Shown: positions 24,965 through 38,097, counted from the whole stretch's first letter. The stretch: DNA of 62,707 bases, filler included, from Basidiobolus ranarum (GCA_040143965.1; 16 parts of 16 records of this genome joined end to end with filler, not necessarily neighbours in it), one strand, 5' to 3'. The notes: generated by a model not told the origin, from the letters alone. A program made the numbers and translations.

Positions 24965-26910
24965 GTGATGCTTACGATGGTGAAGTGGGATCAATTCAAG
25001 GAGATAGTGATCCAAAAGATTGTCAAGGCCACGGAGCTCATGTTGCCGGTATCATTGGTGCACATGACAGTAACTTTGTAGGTGTTGCTCCTGATGTTAC
25101 TTTAGGTGCTTATAAAGTATTCGGTTGTGATGAAGGTCCCCCCGATGGCATGATTATCAAAGGAGTTGAGATGGCTGTTACTGACAAAATGGATGTAATC
25201 AACTTGTCTTTAGGCGGTGCCCTACCTTATTCTGACGACCCCATTAGCAGAGCTCTTAACAATGATGCTGGAGTAGTTGTAGTCGTCGCTGCAGGTAATG
25301 ATGGCATGAGTGGACTATGGACAATCGGTAGCCCTTCCACCGCAACTAACGCAATCGGTGTGGCCTCTTTCGATCATGTCAAATATCCTGGGCAATCTTT
25401 CACCATCAATGAGGACAAAGGTAAATCATTTGTTGCTGGATATGAAGGTCTTGAATCAGTAAGCTTCAAAGACACCCCTTTCGTCATTGCTCAGACTGGT
25501 GGGTGCAACCCATTAAAGGAAGATCTTACTGGAAAGTTCGTTCTCTTCTTCAAGGCCGAATCCTGCGAACAGTAAAGGGAGTTAATGCTCAAAATGCTGG
25601 TGCAGTTGGTGCTTTCGTTTATTCCAGCACTTCCGGAGCTTATATAGCCACTACTATGGATCCTAGTCTTAAGATTCCCTTGATGGGTCTCCAAGTCAGC
25701 GACGCAGCATATTTGAATGATCTATTCACCAAAAACAAGAACCTTTCTATCACCTTTGACACCGAACATAAGTTATATGAAAATCCCAATGGTGGAAAAC
25801 TCTCCTCTTTCACTGCATGGGGTCCAGACTTCGAGCTGAACTTTAAACCTGATGTTGGTGCTCCCGGTGGTCTCATTTATTCCACTTTCCTTATTGCTAA
25901 GGGTTCATACGCTCATTTGAGAGGTACTTCCATGGCTTCACCTTATACTGCCGGGTCTGTAGCATTAGTTCTTAAGTCCAGGGGTAACCTAAAAAGCACA
26001 CAGCTGGAGCTGTTAAAGAGCTCAACTTCGACGGTATCGCCTCAGCTGCTAAACAAGGAGCTCGATTAATCAATGTCTGGGATGCAATTTGCGCCAATAC
26101 TTTGGTCTCCCCATCTAAATTTTCTTTCAATGATACCACTCACCTTAAAGATGCTCATACATTCACCGTCACTAATAATGGTGAAAAGTCGGTTACTTAT
26201 GCTATTAAGCATGTCCCCGCTGTTTCTGTCAATGGATATGATAAGAAAGGCTACCCAACTCTTCAAAATCCATTTGTTTTCTCGGGATCTTCAGCGGTTG
26301 TCAGGCTTTCCCCATCCACCGTTACTGTTCGTCCAGGTCAAAGCAAACAAGTTAAGGTTGTATTTTCTCCTCCCAAGTTTGATAAGAAAGATTTATGGAT
26401 CTACTCTGGATATGTTCACTTCAAGCCATTGAACTCCGAAGATAATGAAGTAAGCGTCCCATATGCTGGTGTTGCCGGAGATCTTCACAGTATCACAGTT
26501 ATCGATACCAAGGGAGAGAGACAACCATCTGTAGTTAGTTTGGTTTCAGGAGCACCAAAGAAAGTGTATAGCCTAGTTGGAAACGATGTTCCTCTTCTCC
26601 GGTTTGCAATGATCCATGCTACCAAGTACCTATCCATTGCCTTGAGTGATGCGAAAGGAAAGGAAAGGAACTTGGACTAATTGGTCTGGTAGAAGGTGGT
26701 TTCTCACGTAACTACCCAGGCACGGATATTAAAGTTACTTTCGATGGATCCATTATCGTTGTCAAGAACGGACGAGCGCAAGAGGTTGAAGCACCATCCG
26801 GCACTTACACATTGACTGTTAAGGGATTCAAGCCATTTGGTAATCCTAATACGCCTGCTGACTTTGACACTTGGACTTCAGCTCCATTTGAAGTGAAGAG
26901 AGCAAATTAA
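24965..26910 (+). pseudogene. S8 subtilisin-like protease with PA and Fn3-like domains; 5' part missing, three frameshifts
   Basis: HGAHVAG, AAGNDG and GTSMASP motifs plus KPDVGAPGG. Frame changes near 25570, 26000 and 26660 (AAAGG slippage). C-terminus KPFGNP...TWTSAPF ends at TAA 26910. No catalytic Asp segment or signal peptide upstream. Confidence 0.85.
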
Positions 26911-27519
26911 TCACGAACTCAGAAAATTACATTCAAGTAGAATACTTAATCTGCAAATTGTCTATTTTAATGCTAATAAATAATTATTGATACCCTCTCA
27001 GATTTCGGTGATCATGCATTGTCCTACTTGAGGGACTTGAAGGAAGTGTTTAAGATTTCCAGTTAAAAGTTACTTCTGGCGTACGTACGCTACTGAATTA
27101 AAAATATAAATCAAATGTTGTGTTTAATCAGAAATATTGCTGGAACTATTGGTTGCACTTCAATGTTTACAGATATATCTTGTTGAAGTCTACACCAAGT
27201 TCTAATTAAATTTATCTTAAATTTTACATCCGACAAGTGTCTAGAAAAGTATTGAACACTCAGAAATGTACAGATAGCGGGGAGATTTCTTGCTTCTAAA
27301 GATGACAACTCCAGATTAAAAGCATATTCATATCACTTCCGGGGGTCAGGTTTGCTCTTCATTCTGGACAATAATTTTATGACTTGAATGTTAGTATTGA
27401 TTGATGAGCTAATATATGTNNNNNNNNNNNNNNNNNNNNNNNNNNNNNNNNNNNNNNNNNNNNTTAATTAATTAANNNNNNNNNNNNNNNNNNNNNNNNN
27501 NNNNNNNNNNNNNNNNNNN

Positions 27520-28380
27520 ATCACATTACATCCATCACTGATTTTGCTGATACTTTGTTAATCATATTAGCATACAGTATTACTGATGATTTCACATGGA
27601 GCATCATTTCACCAGAGGTGCCCTCAATTGGGAACTCCCAAAATATATAGGAAGGCCCCATAATCTCTAAGCATTGTGAAAGATGCAGCAGGGAATGTAT
27701 TGAATACTTGCATAGATTTGGTCTATCTTCTTTAAAGCTGTAATAAAGTTTTTCATATCCAATTACAAAATTTTTGCACAGTTGCTATATCAACCTGAGA
27801 TATGCCAATGTGAGTTGATGCTGTAAGAATATATTAACAACATCAACAAACAACTCCCAATGTTGCCAATACTTATCATGCAGAAATCTTTTCAAAATTC
27901 CACTTGAATATATATAAATCCAATACTTCCAGTCTGTGCATTTGAATAAATGCCTAGATGAGTGGATATTGATGGGAGTCCTGGTAAAATATGATGGTAT
28001 CTTGAAGTTTTCAGGCTTTTTCCCAATCAATTCAAACTCTGATCATATCTTGAATGGCTCATTCATATTGAATTTTCCACTATATAGCTGAGTAAGTAGT
28101 ATTGGAATGTTGTTGAATAGTAAGTGCATGGTGCCTAATGGGAAGCTCTGGCTCTAGCTGATCCCTTTAGCAATATAATCTTAGGCTTACAGCTAATACC
28201 AAGTTTGATGTTAGACTGACTATTGGGTAAATTGATATCAGTGATCATGTTGAAATCTGACTGAGCTCTTGATGGTAAAATCATGAAGTTTAATGTTGTA
28301 TTTGAATAATAGTAATGTGTATGCCTGTTAGAGTAAACTTCATTGATTTGACAAAATCTACAAGCAAATTAGTCCAATTA
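27520..28380 (-). mobile_element. Decayed CMC/EnSpm transposase, C-terminal part
   Basis: KIPSYFTRTP...KCTDWKYW...YWQHWELFV and SIHSLLHLSQCLEIMGPSYIFWEFPIE match Tnp2-type motifs. 28020-28370 is homologous to 19190-19562. Confidence 0.85.
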
Positions 28381-29176
28381 GAAAGGTACATACTCTGTGT
28401 CCATGGATTGGGCTTTGTTGCCGTTATCTCTTTTACAAGTATTGAGATATTACAGTAGTGTAATCAGATTTTTACCGGAAATGATACCCGCATGATATTG
28501 CTCTTGCTTAGTGGGATTTATGTATTTCGGTTTAGGCTTACCTTAAACATAGATGTGCATACAAAAGTACTTATATAGTCCCTACAATATATTGGACTAG
28601 ATTTGTCACTTTTCTCTTTAACCTCTTTTATGCTCATTCCTGCGCATATTTTATGGCAAACAACGGCATGTATTTCTTGTTATGACTAGCATTGTGTTGG
28701 TTTATCTCACTTATCAAAAATTCAACTTGTAAAAGCTTTCATATATCTGATGAGCAGAATAAACAGTACATTATAGTGCTAAACGATACATCACCAGTTT
28801 GGATAATGTCGAATTCTGATGATTGGCCAACTATGTGTAGATCACGCTGGTAGCAAATTAATCTTTGAAGTATTTAATACTGGCATTTGAGGCTTGGCAA
28901 TTTGCAATTTACTTTACCATTCCGATTTAAATAACAAATATATAGTTTCGAAATCACAATACATATATGATGTGTTTCATTCATTCTATATCAGAATACC
29001 ACAAATCCGCCCATGATTCATTAACTATTACGATGCTTCATCATTTATTGACATCCTTGTCAGTATTAGAAAATATCAGCACATAAGTATCAGCACATAA
29101 GAGGCGAGAAGAAACGATATCAGCACATAAGAGGCGAGAAGAAACATGTTGAAAGGAAGAGGAACTCTATTTTGGG

Positions 29177-30292
29177 TTAAATTTCAAATGTGATTTCGGG
29201 GAATCTACTGTCAGGTCGTTGCAAGATAGGATTTCTGGAGTGACTAAATGTACGTTCTAGAAAAGCAGAGATATAGGTGCGCTGTATGACTAATGATCGA
29301 AGTCCATTGATGGTTCCTATGGTTGACTCTAGTTCAGGATTTGTCATATTTAGTAAGTTAGCCATAATCGGCATGTCTGAATAAGTAAGATGACCAGAGT
29401 TCGCAAGTTTGAGCTGTAGTCGCCATGATCGCAAATTTGGCCAAATTTTTGCCCAGCTGGCATCATTACCCCTGTTATGTTGAGTAAGACCCATTATAAG
29501 AAATGGTCGGTCTAAGCCTCGGTCGGTTACTGGCCCCCAGAATGAACCATCAAGATTGGCACCTGCTATAATGCGAGTATCGTTCAGCATGGCGGCTGCG
29601 GCAGTTGCACCACCCAGGGAATGGCCAAACATAACAACCCGGCGAACATTTAATTTCGTGCGTAAAGCTGGTATTTGGTTTCTTATTTTTAAAGTATTCA
29701 ACTGGTCCAAGATAAAGCTAACATCTTGAGCGCGAACACCCTCTGCCTCGGTAATCTGTTGAGTAGTCCATGTCATTCCAGCTGCCTTTTTGATTAGTTT
29801 TCCATCGGGGAACTCCACAACTTGTGCATCATATGGATGGTCAATTGCTACTACAAGATAGCCGCGGCTTGCGATGTCCGTCAATAGAGATGTATATAGA
29901 TAGCGAGACATTCCTGCGCCAGGAGAAAATAGAACAATCGGTGAGTTGGATTGAGCAATGGGAGCACCTATATGGGCTTGAGTTTGAAAGGCTTGCAGTG
30001 TACCATTGGGCAATCCATAAAGCTGGTTCATAAGTTGGCCAGTAAGTTCAGGCATGTATGGTGAAATAGGATAACAGTTAGCACGCTTGGTAGGGTAGAA
30101 AAGTTGAACCATTAAGGCGCGCTTTTGCAAATCTGAGGCGTATGGGTCAACTCGCGTGTGATCAATCAACTGTATGTTGACAGTCCCAACTTTGAATTTT
30201 CCTGTCACATCCGGTAAGGATAATTTGGAGGAGACAAAGGTGATGGAAGCAGTAAGCAAAGCTACCACAGTGAATGATTTAATGTTCATCAT
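29177..30292 (-). CDS. Secreted alpha/beta hydrolase, PAF-acetylhydrolase/lipase-like, intronless, 371 aa
   Basis: Signal peptide, FSPG oxyanion region, GYLVVAIDHPYDA, GHSLGG nucleophile, NLDG, GHLTYSD. TATA-like site about 40 nt upstream. Confidence 0.92.
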   Translation of the reverse strand: MMNIKSFTVVALLTASITFVSSKLSLPDVTGKFKVGTVNIQLIDHTRVDPYASDLQKRALMVQLFYPTKRANCYPISPYMPELTGQLMNQLYGLPNGTLQAFQTQAHIGAPIAQSNSPIVLFSPGAGMSRYLYTSLLTDIASRGYLVVAIDHPYDAQVVEFPDGKLIKKAAGMTWTTQQITEAEGVRAQDVSFILDQLNTLKIRNQIPALRTKLNVRRVVMFGHSLGGATAAAAMLNDTRIIAGANLDGSFWGPVTDRGLDRPFLIMGLTQHNRGNDASWAKIWPNLRSWRLQLKLANSGHLTYSDMPIMANLLNMTNPELESTIGTINGLRSLVIQRTYISAFLERTFSHSRNPILQRPDSRFPEITFEI

Positions 30293-31749
30293 TGAATTGA
30301 GAAGCTGTGATAGTCTTTGAGCGTGTTGTTGCTATATATACATTGAATATGTAGTTACACGGTACCTTGGCAGTCGTTCTTTTACACTCCAATAGCTTGA
30401 TCCGAAAATCTAAGCAAGTTACTTTGGTTCATTACTGCATTCCAAAACAATGGAAGGCTTTACAATTACATTGTGTTCTATATTATAACATAGTACAGGA
30501 ATGATATATAGCGCTTTCCTGTAAATAAACAGGATTCTGACTGCCAAGACATATTATAAACAATTTCAATCCCTTTGTGATTAGTAATGAACTTTATGTG
30601 AATAGAACCACGCGTATTCTACTTTTACTCGAGGATTCAATCTAAAGGAGTAATGTAAATTTAAGCGTTTACTAAATATTTTCATTCACCAATTAAGTGA
30701 TGGAGTATCTATTAACAATTGAATTAACTAGGCCAGCACACTGACTAGGCCAGCACACATGTGGAGAAATTCTCTTATAATATTCACACCTATTGTAGTT
30801 GAAGTATACCATTTTCTTTCACATCTATTGTAGTTGAAGAATGAGAATTTCTTTTCTTCTCATATTAACCATCATAATTCTTATACAACTAATCGGAAAG
30901 GATTCGTAGATCTCGGAGAAGTTAATGCATATATCCAAAAATACTGGACCAAATATTGCTAAACTTTAGGGGAATAATTTTCTAACTAAACTGATATCGG
31001 AAATGGGTCTAATCTATGCTATTTCTACTTCAACTCAAGTTGGGAAATTATTCTATTTGTACCTCAACTCAAGTTTGCATAACTTATAAATCAACTCCTA
31101 TTTTTACAAGTGAACAAATTTTGTTACTATCATCCGCAATTCATTATGTACTCACTCCTGTGCATATTTTACGTCTTCTGTTTAGTGATTTGAACCTATG
31201 TATTCATCGTTGAGGGTTCCAATTTCGTAGTAAGATTTGGACTTTGAAAACGAACTGTCGGGAAACTCATGAATGGAACACTGTTTACTTTACACAAAAT
31301 TCGCTACTTCTTTAGTTCAGAGCAAAAGACAAATATTTTATTTTGNNNNNNNNNNNNNNNNNNNNNNNNNNNNNNNNNNNNNNNNNNNNTTAATTAATTA
31401 ANNNNNNNNNNNNNNNNNNNNNNNNNNNNNNNNNNNNNNNNNNNNCAAGTTGTGGATATTTTGGGTGAAATCTTAAAGGAAATTTGCCAAAACCCAACAG
31501 CTTATTCTCATTGTGAACAGTAACAAGAGTCAGCTATTTGTCCAGTGTGAGTGCTATTCAAAATTCCAGATGTTTAGCAATTTTTCAATCATAAGTTTGC
31601 TGGTAAAGCATATTGATGTTGTTGAGTTTGCCTGATCAGTCAAGTATGTGCATATTTAGAGACCAAGCACTATGAGATTCTTGTATTGTTGGATTCTCCT
31701 TATGGGTGGAATACTAAGCCTAAAATATCTAAATAAGGACATGCACAAT

Positions 31750-31988
31750 AATTCAAAATCCTATAGCAGTAAACCCAGTAATTTGTCATACAAAAATGAG
31801 ATTATTGTGCAAATTGCTGGAAATTGAATAAAGCATGCAAAATATGAGGATCAATATTCTAATATGTATTAATACCATCTAAATACCATTAGGTAATCAC
31901 CATTGCACTATCAAAATACCTGGCAGAATGCAAGCCAATAATATTGCCATGGTTCTCTGATGGTATTGCAATTCAGAAGGGTAGATCC
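31750..31988 (+). mobile_element. DNA-transposon subterminal region interrupted by an LTR
   Basis: Homologous to 1-175 and to the reverse complement of 35037-35268. Homology stops at GATCC, where the LTR begins. Confidence 0.7.
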
Positions 31989-34900
31989 TATTGGGAAAAT
32001 ATGGGCTGTTTGGTGGAACTTTAGAGAAGTGAAATTGTTGATAGCTTTATGAAATAACTATTTATTGGCTGAAAATAAAGCAATTTTACATTTAGTTAGA
32101 TACAGAAAGCTAACACTGGGTTGTGCTCAGAACATCTGTGAAAGTAAAATGAGCTATATTTGGGGCACTTTGACCAAGTTTGGAATTTCCAATATGGAAT
32201 TTCTAATTCTTGCATTATTCACATATACATACATTGTATGTTCTGATTATCAGTTAAGTGATCTTTGACTATGTACTGTTAACTAACCTATATGTGATAT
32301 ATGAAATAGTTGGGAGTATAAAGATAGAGATAACATATATGATAAAGACAATGAACTTCAACACTCCCACTCAACTTAATATTCATATATCTTAATTAAT
32401 GGTAATGGTTCAGTTCAACAGTATTCTAGTTGGACGCGCTTATTTTCAATAGCGTCCCTAACAAAGTGATGTTTAATGTCAATGTGCTTACCTCTAGCCT
32501 GAGATTTAGGATTCTTAGCTAAAGATGTACAACTATAACTATCCTTGTGAATTATGATAGGTGAACTTTCAAAAATGCCCAAGTCATTGACCAGTTTCAT
32601 TAACCACATAGCAACCTTTGTTGTATGTAATGCTGCCATGTACTCTGCTTCAGTTGTTGAAAGGGCTATGGTGGGTTGTTTCTTGCTATTCAAAGATATG
32701 GCTGCTTCACTATGGAGAAAGGCATATCCAGTGATAGATCTTCTGTACTCAATATCATGTCCCCAATCAGAATCACTAAACCCAATCAGGCCCTTATTAT
32801 CATCAGAATATGTTTATCTTAATCCTAGATCAATTGTCCCCTTCAAATATCTGAAAATCCACTTAACTGCTGCATAATGCTCAGATCCTGTGTTTTGCAC
32901 ATGTTGGCTAACTACTCCAACTGGAAAAGAGATCTCTGGCTGAGTTCCAGTCATAGCATAGATCAAACTACCTACCATAGATTGATAAGGGAATTCAGGG
33001 CCTTCAAATGACATATTCTGGGCCATATTTGGCCAATTTTGATCATTTTTGATGTGATTTTTGACTAGTTTCACATCTGCATCCATAGTAGCTGCTACTA
33101 GCTTACTATTATCCATCCTGTAACATCTGAGGATGTATGAGATGTATTTATATTGATTCAGAGTATTAGATTTGTTCAATATATCTGTAAGCATCTGCAG
33201 GCCTAAAAAATATGTAAGTTCACCTAAATCAGTCATGTTGAATTGGACTGATAGATCTCTTTTGGTGTTCCTGAGAGCTTTATCATTATAGTAGCCATAA
33301 TCAGATCATATACATGTAAGGCAAGTATGACCTTACTGTCCTTATATGTCTTAAAGTTGATCCCAAAACCTGCCATACTCTTTTGGAAATTAAGTGATTC
33401 CAAGTATGTTTCTATTGTAGTGTACCAGGCCCTTGGTGATTGTTTAAGTCAATAGAGTAGTTTAAGTAGCTTACACACATCCTCACGGTACTCAGGATCC
33501 ACAAAACTATATGGTTGATCCATAAATATATCCTCTTCCAAGTCCCCACTCAAAAAGCAGTTTTAACATCCATTTGATGGATTTTTAAGCAGTGTTTTGC
33601 TGCTGCGGCTAGTACAGTTCTAATGGAACTAAACTTTGCTATAGGAGCAAATGTTCAATTGTAGTCCACTCCTTCCATTTGAGAGTGTTCTTTAGCCCCA
33701 AGTCTGGCTTTGTAACTTTCTACAGATCCATCAGCTTGCTGTTTAACTTTTGACACCTATTTATATCCAATTAATTTTTGGTCATCAGGTAACTTAACCA
33801 AAGTCCAAGTTTGGTTATCTATCAGTGACTGATATTCCTCTGGCATTGAAGCATTCCAAAACTTTGTGTTTGGAATCTCCATAGCCTCCTATCCAGTTGG
33901 ATCTTGTAAGATGGGAAATTGGCACTACAACTTCTGGTACCAATAGAGACATTGAAACCACCTCAGGCTTGGTTGAGCAGACTGCAGGTTAAGAATTTTC
34001 AATTTTTTCCCACTGATCAGGATCTGGTGAGAGAAAGAAGAATTGGCATCAATTTGTGATTATTTTTCTTGATCCTGGATTGTTTAGATAAATATTTTTT
34101 CTTCTTCAGCAAATTCCGCATCCTTTAACTTGTTTAGCCTCTTATTTTCAGTGTCATACAGTCTGCATCCTATTTTTCCATCACAATATCCAAAAAAAGG
34201 ACATTTGTGGCTTTTTTGCTCTTATTTGGATCTCTTCTGGTTTGGAATAATTGCATATGCAATACTTCCAAAAGCTTGAAGATTAGTGACATCAGGTTTA
34301 CCTACAAACCTAGGTTGATAAGGTGTTATATCTAATGGAGTCTTATAAGCATATCTATTCCTAATATATATTGCAGTTGCAACCTATTCAGCCTAGAACT
34401 GTTTAAGTAAATCTTGATCATGAAGCATTAATCTTGCCTTTTCCATTACTGATTGGTTGGCACATTGTGCCACTCCATTCTGCTGTGGGGAATATGGCAC
34501 TGTAGTCTGCTGTTTTATCCCATGTGCTGAGCAGTAGCTAGAGAAGAGTTTTCAGATATATTCCCCTTCATTCTCAGTATGGATTATCTTGATCTTTAGA
34601 CCTGTTTCAGTCTCTATCATTGCTTTGAATTTCTTGAAGGTATCAATGGCTTCATCCTTACTGGCCACAAAGTACACCCAATCATACTTTGTCTTATCAT
34701 CAATGAAAGTCATAAAATACCTTTTTCTACCTAAGAATTTTGTCTGCATTGGGCCGCACAGAACTGAGTGTATCAGGCCCAATTTCTGATCAATTTTGCA
34801 CATTCCAGAGCCTGCAAAGGGCTGTCTGTGTGGCCTACCATATAGGCAACCTTCACAAAGCTCCAGATCTGGTGGAATTATGAATCATTGTCCCACAACC

Positions 34901-35001
34901 ATCATGCTTTTGATCAAGCTCCGCATATTTTCAGCTCATAGATGAACCAAACTCCTATGCCAGATTTTCCAGTCTATCTCTTCAGTGGTGTATTGTGGAA
35001 T
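31989..35001 (-). mobile_element. Decayed Ty1/copia element: GAG-pre-integrase, integrase, RT, RNase H, PPT and 3' LTR (about 31989-32363)
   Basis: WH..L.H, IHS.LCGPM, FIDD, MTDLGEL.YFLG, YQSMVGSLIYA, SKKQPTIALSTTEAEY, KHIDIKHHFVRD. PPT GTTGAGTGGGAG followed by TGTTGAA. Many stops and frameshifts. Confidence 0.95.
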
Positions 35002-35268
35002 CCCTAACAAAAATAAAATCAATTTGATCCGGATCGGATCCACCCTCTGAAATAGCAAAACCGTCAGAGAACCGTCACAATATCGTTGGCTTGCATTCTG
35101 CCAGGGATTTTGATGGTGTGACAGCGGTTTCTTGACGGTATCTTGGCGGTATTCATACATGTTAAAATATTGATCCTCAAATTTGGCATGCGTTATTCAA
35201 TATCCAGCAATTTTTGCAAAAATATAATTTTTGAATGGCAAATTACTGGGTTTACTGCTGTAGGAATT
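35002..35268. mobile_element. Young (CpG-retaining) DNA-transposon end inserted in the copia element
   Basis: Starts CCCTAACAAAAAT exactly where the copia reading frame is cut. Retains CpGs that are TpG/CpA in the copies at 1-175 and 31750-31988. Confidence 0.75.
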
Positions 35269-35368
35269 NNNNNNNNNNNNNNNNNNNNNNNNNNNNNNNN
35301 NNNNNNNNNNNNTTAATTAATTAANNNNNNNNNNNNNNNNNNNNNNNNNNNNNNNNNNNNNNNNNNNN

Positions 35369-35902
35369 GCAGTATTTGGAGAGGAGGTGGGCCCACTCAC
35401 CTTCGACGGGCTAAACAAATGTACTTTGTTGGACTCCGTTTTGAGAGAGGTTCTCCGTATCCATCCACCAATTGTTGCCATCTTCAGAAAAGTGTCTCAG
35501 CCTATCGCTTATCCTAATTCCAATATTGTAATTCCTGCTGGTCACTATCTCTGCTCTTCACCATTTGTTACCCAAGTATCCGAGGAGCATTATGAGAGAC
35601 CACTGGAGTTTGACCCAACCCGTTGGTTAAAAGAAGCCACCACATCAGAGCGCAAGGATGAATCCAGCTTTGGTGTTGTTGGTAAAGGAACTAGCTCTCC
35701 TTATCTGCCATTTGGTGCTGGACGTCATCGTTGCATTGGTGAACCATTTGCTTATGTTCAAATCAAGACCATCGTTGCTCAAATGATTCGTCTATTCGAA
35801 TTAGAGGCACTCCCAGATGCTAAATTCCCTGAACCTGACTTTTCCAAGTTGTTCATTACTCCCAAGGGACCTGTTAAACTTAGATATACCAAGAGAGTGT
35901 AA
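35369..35902 (+). CDS. ERG11: Sterol 14-alpha-demethylase CYP51, C-terminal part
   Basis: EVLR (ExxR), FDPTRW, and the heme motif PYLPFGAGRHRCIGEPFAY typical of CYP51. Frame open from the contig start. Confidence 0.9.
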   Translation, partial: AVFGEEVGPLTFDGLNKCTLLDSVLREVLRIHPPIVAIFRKVSQPIAYPNSNIVIPAGHYLCSSPFVTQVSEEHYERPLEFDPTRWLKEATTSERKDESSFGVVGKGTSSPYLPFGAGRHRCIGEPFAYVQIKTIVAQMIRLFELEALPDAKFPEPDFSKLFITPKGPVKLRYTKRV

Positions 35903-37075
35903 GCCACTGCTATTATGATGAAACAAATTTACCATGCATTGAATCTGATTGCCAGTATTCACATGTTTACAAATGAGAATAAACCTTAAATTCTATTGGT
36001 TAGAATCTTCAATATGCTCATCACCAAGTAAATCTGGAGTATTGAGGCAAATACTTAAAAGTCATAATGATTAAATTCAACGCGCTTAGTCCTTGAGAGT
36101 TTCTTGTAGTCAACCAGTTTTAAATGTCTGTCGCATCTATACGTAGAAATCTAAGAGCTGTTAGTATCATTGTTTATCGGGAGAACCAGAACCTACGATC
36201 ATCTGGATGAAGGATGTGATACTATCGTTATGTCCATTTCATATAGTTAACTTGAATTCAATGGAAAGTGGAACTATTTAATGTGAACAAATGTACTAGG
36301 ATCCAATTATGAACCACAACATGTTGTACTTGTCGAGTTAAGATATTCAAGTACAAAGTATGCAGTAAATGAATTAGTTCTCATTTAGAAGTAACTCGAC
36401 ATTAGCTGTTAGTTATATTTCATGCACCATTATTGAATGGGAAATATGTCATCACTCACTGAAAAGGATATTGATGGCCAAGTGTTTATAATCTATATGA
36501 AATATCGACAAATTGAAAACCTTATTGTTAAGCAGTAGACAACATAAGACTCGGTGGCGGAGGTTACCAAGTTGGAGAGAAACCAAAATTAGTGTAACTC
36601 AATGTATATTTTTAGTCAGTGAATATGTACACATGCTTCAATATGCATCTACTTCCGAATCATAACCATTTAAGAGATTTTGTAGGCTTGATGTATAATA
36701 GAGCAATTACTAAGAGAAAAGCGTAATATTACTATTAATATGCGCATCCCAGATTCGGGATATATCAATCCATCCAATCTGTACGACAGACTATGCTAGC
36801 AGGATCACGAGTAGCATTGAAGATAGTTCTGCAAATGTTCAATAATTCGTTGTGGGCTTAGGTGGATTCATGGTTGGTCGTGTCCAAATATGACACTGCT
36901 CTCAGCGTTTACATTTCATTCCTAGGCCCATAATATACACATATACATACATATATACTGGATTCAAGTTTACTCCAATTATTGAATATGTCCAGAATGG
37001 GTAGATGTTTATTCATAGCATAAAATGTCTCATTGATCTATGCAAGATAAGGATTCAAATAATGCTCGATAGAAT

Positions 37076-38097
37076 TTAAATATCTTGACTACCTCCAGCA
37101 GTGACGTTAAATGGGCGTGATAGATGATTGTCACCATGGTTTATCTTGAACCGTGCTAATTGTATTTGCTTGTCATTACGAGTGGTAATCTCTTCAACTC
37201 CCCAGTAATCAGCCTAAATAGCCAAGAATTGGATAAATATTCGAGATGCAAAGGCCAATCAGTAAATATTTTGTTACCTGGATCGATTCATAGTTCATTG
37301 TAAGCATGTAGTATCCTCGATAGGTAGCCTCAACCCATTTCAACGCGGGATTGGATGTAGCAAGAATTTTTTCAAGTTTAGCTCTGGCTGTCGCATTGCT
37401 CGATTTATAGGGACTTGGACTAGTCACCGCAGTCCCTGTGAAAGCTGCACCCCAAGCGCCTTTTCCAGTCTTGGGATCGTACCTATTGATCCCCCAAAGG
37501 CATGTTACCATCGATGTCTAAAGTTGGAAATGAATGTAAAAAGGCCTACTTGTTAAATTGGCGATCGTCCACCAAATCCCAAGCCCAGTTGCTATGCACA
37601 TCACTTAGTATCAAAACGTGACCAAATGTCAATTAGATATTAATGGCGCTACTAAGAAAATAAAGCTATACCGGCTAGAATGATATTGTTTTGAATGTTA
37701 TGCCTCTCAATGAGATCGAAGAATCTCCAACGAGCAGATTTGTAGCCATCCCATGCATCAGCGTTCATAAATTTACCAGCAATTGCTGCCGAGTAGTCCA
37801 ATCGGTTGAATTCTACCTGTTGACCAATAAGCCTCCAATGAGCTTTGCGATGTTGTGACTTGAGTAATTCCCTATAAAACCATTCTTCCTGATGTTGACC
37901 CATCAGCTAAGATTTTGCGGAACGAATTAGCTTTTTATCAATCAGCTAGGACAGCATGGGTGGCTTACACTGCGTGTTGGATCTTCGGAAATGGCTTCAA
38001 TCCATTTTGTGTTGTAATACATATCAGTAATGACTCTCTCATAGTTTCTGGTATCCAACATAATGAAATCTGCCATGTCCCCGATTTGAAACGTTCT
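37076..38097 (-). pseudogene. Alkaline phosphatase D (PhoD) family, five 3' exons; probably non-functional
   Basis: MLDTR, LMG..QE.W, DAWDGY, GDVH..WA, GTAVTSP, RGY motifs split by short introns. No upstream exons recognised in 38100-39191. The acceptor before GDVH reads AA|GT rather than AG|GT. Confidence 0.65.
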
